Source of the DNA: Octopus sinensis
Lineage: Eukaryota
Assembly (NCBI RefSeq): GCF_006345805.1
Contig: NC_043004.1
Span: forward strand, 78,182,001-78,246,000
Length of the DNA: 64,000 nucleotides
Direction of reading: 5' to 3'
Made by a program: the position numbers and the translations under genes. Shown one piece after another: positions 61,499 to 64,000 of this stretch. The stretch's first letter is position 1, and every line of letters starts with the position of its first letter. A model generated the notes under the pieces. That model ran no database searches and was not told the DNA's origin. It saw nothing but the letters and a program-made list of their open reading frames with translations.

Positions 61499-63074
61499 AT
61501 ATATATATATACCATATATACAATGCAAATGAAACATGTAGACAAGGCCAAAAAATACAGAGTGTATAAGGTTTACATTCAGGAAATAGGAAAAATGAAG
61601 GAAAACTCTTTTATGCTTTGAGTTTACACTCTTCTTCTGGAAGAAAAAATAGACAAGGAGAGAGAAAAAAATGGAGAAAGAAGAGGGAAAGAAGTACATG
61701 CATGTATATAATAGTTATGGCATATGTGTGTGTATGTGCATATAGTATGTGTGTGTGTGAGTGCTGCATCTAAAAAGAATACTTATGTGCATGTGATGGG
61801 CGAGAAATATGATAAATCTATTAGGTTGGTTGGCAAGCCAAATACATAATGTGTCCGACTCACACCAAGAACGTTAAAATAAAAAAGAAAAAAATGCTGA
61901 AATATTAAACACATCCTCTTCCTTTTCCTCTTCCTCAACATTATGAAGATGAGAGGCAGGCTTTTTGTTTTTCTTTTTTTATATATTTCACATGGAAAGA
62001 TTAATAAATCATTTAAACAAGAAAAAAAAATTAGCAACACAAATAATAAAAATGATGAACAACAATAGCAACAATGATGGCAAGATGATAATAGGAATCA
62101 TATAAAATTTATGTCTATAGAAATTGATATTGGAAAACTGAAGAATAAATAGTGGAAATTTATTGGAGTTTTACTGATTCTATAGAGATTAAATGTTGCC
62201 AGTAGAGCTTTGAAAGAGGATAGAAAAGACCATGTGTTACAAGAAATAGGTTCCATTACAGCCAGTAGGTTATACAGAGTGTTGGTGTTGATTTTTTTGT
62301 ACATTGGGAGGGTCATCATGCCAATAATAAACACATGCACTGGTTATGTTTCACTTCTTTTATTAGTATCAGTCAACTAGTTAACCATTTAACTAATTTT
62401 GTGATTAATTGTTCAACTAGTCAATTGGTCAGCTCAATTCACCAATATAAATAATCCTTTCTACTATAGGTACAAGGCCTAGATTCACCAATATAAATAA
62501 TAACTGTTTCTAATTTGGGGACAAGGCCAGCAATTTTGCGAGGGGGAGTTAGTTGATTATGTCTTTTGTTACCATTCACTACCTCATCAATGATATGTTC
62601 TCTCAACAATTGATTGATTAACTGAATGGTTATTCAAACAATTAATTAGTTAATTGGCTAAATAGTTAACTAGCTGAAGAATAAGAAAGATGTGAAATAC
62701 AACCAGTGTGTGTGTTATTGGTGTAATGACTGTCCCAAGATGAAATATAAAAAAATAATCACCACCTTATTATCAATAAAGTCCTAATTGCAGTAGATTG
62801 GTAGAATCCTTGGAGTAGTGAATGTCCTGTGGTATTGAGCTAGAGCTCTCTACACTCTGGGTTCAAATCCTATCAAGATTGACTTTACTTTTCATCCTTC
62901 TCACCTTCTTCAATTTTTGTCCTTGTATCTATGTTAGAAATAATTGGAAATCATTAATTAAGCACTAATTAACGAATGGAGTCTATTTAATCTATCCTCT
63001 TCCCTCCAAATGGCTACGAGTTACAAATCCATATTACTAAAGGTGATGGAGTAATACAAACGGTGGATGGTCAG

Positions 63075-63655
63075 ATTATTATTATTATTATTAAGTCAAA
63101 ACATAATAATTTAATTGATGTTTGGCGACAACAAGTCTCCTCAAATCTCCTTAGGATTCTTGCAGAATATAAGACGGTACTTTTCTGCAGGTTGACAAAG
63201 TGAGTCACAATTCCAATGTCTTTTAAAAGTCTTTTAGCATGTTCGATGTTGCACCAATTACTACAAGAATAATTGTTCTCTTTGTCTTCCACAGTTTCTT
63301 TAGCTCTCTGACTAGATCTTGGTATTTATTTCTCAACTTTTCAATTTCTTTAGTGCCATCCCTGCCATCATAGGAAATTGCAAAATCTATGACCTTACAC
63401 TGTTTGTTTATTTTGTCCTCAATAATCACATCTCGTCTTCTTGCTACAATAGCATGATCAGTTTATATGGGTAAATCCCACAAGATCCTGTATTTCTCAT
63501 TTTCTACAATGGTCTCTGGTTTGTGTTCATACCACTTTTCTGCTATTTTCAAACTACACACTCAACTAACATCCCAATGCACTCTTTTGCCTACAGTCAT
63601 GCTTGTGCTTATACTCTTTTTGTGCTAGAATACTGCACTCACTTAAAAGAGGATT
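63075..63655 (-). mobile_element. R4/Dong-type RLE LINE 3' end with (TAA)n tail
   Basis: Minus strand: KWYEHKPETIVENEKYRILWD...DVIIEDK...KVIDFAI...KYQDL.RELKKLW...VVIGA. Confidence 0.8.
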
Positions 63656-64000
63656 GATACTTCTGAATCTTTTCCTTTTATTATATTATTTTTTTTTAAT
63701 TATTATTTCTATTCAGGCAGTGAGCTGATAGATTCATTCATGCATCAGACAAAATACATAATGGCATTTCTTATGGTCCATTATGTTCTGAGTTCAAACC
63801 CCACCAAAGTGGACTTTGCCTTTCATCCTTTTGGGGTCAATAAAGTAATAATTATTCTTACTTCCCAACCACATAGTTTGGGGTTACCGCTGCGTGGCAC
63901 CTTGGGCAAGTGTTTTCCACTATAGCCACGGGCCAACCAAAGTCTTGTGAGTGGATTTAGTAGACAGAATCACGTCCATCATATATGTGTGTGTATGTGT

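Overview
AT-rich, repeat-dominated animal genomic DNA, very probably Octopus, judged from the tRNA-derived SINE families, RTE/CR1/R4 LINE remnants and abundant (TA)n, (TG)n, (TAA)n and (GAT)n microsatellites. No host protein-coding gene could be identified with confidence; nearly every ORF in the track is a microsatellite artefact or transposon-derived. Supported elements: a 1.64 kb TSD-flanked retroposon with only an ORF1 (gag-knuckle) protein, a ~3 kb hATm-like DNA transposon, a 1.2 kb Tc1-type element with DD36E spacing, a mariner remnant, several MITEs, and many LINE and SINE fragments. The most striking signal is a set of unrelated foldback insertions (at ~8.6, 20.0, 23.2, 24.5, 37.0 and 53.2 kb). 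Three of them carry head-to-head pairs of minimal type I hammerhead ribozymes, each family with a different covarying 3-8 core pair: C3-G8 (CUGAAGA), U3-A8 (UUGACAA) and G3-C8 (GUGAACA). One is built from a 358-nt repeat unit resembling a Penelope pLTR or non-LTR retrozyme. All folds and alignments were done by eye; no database search or folding program was run.
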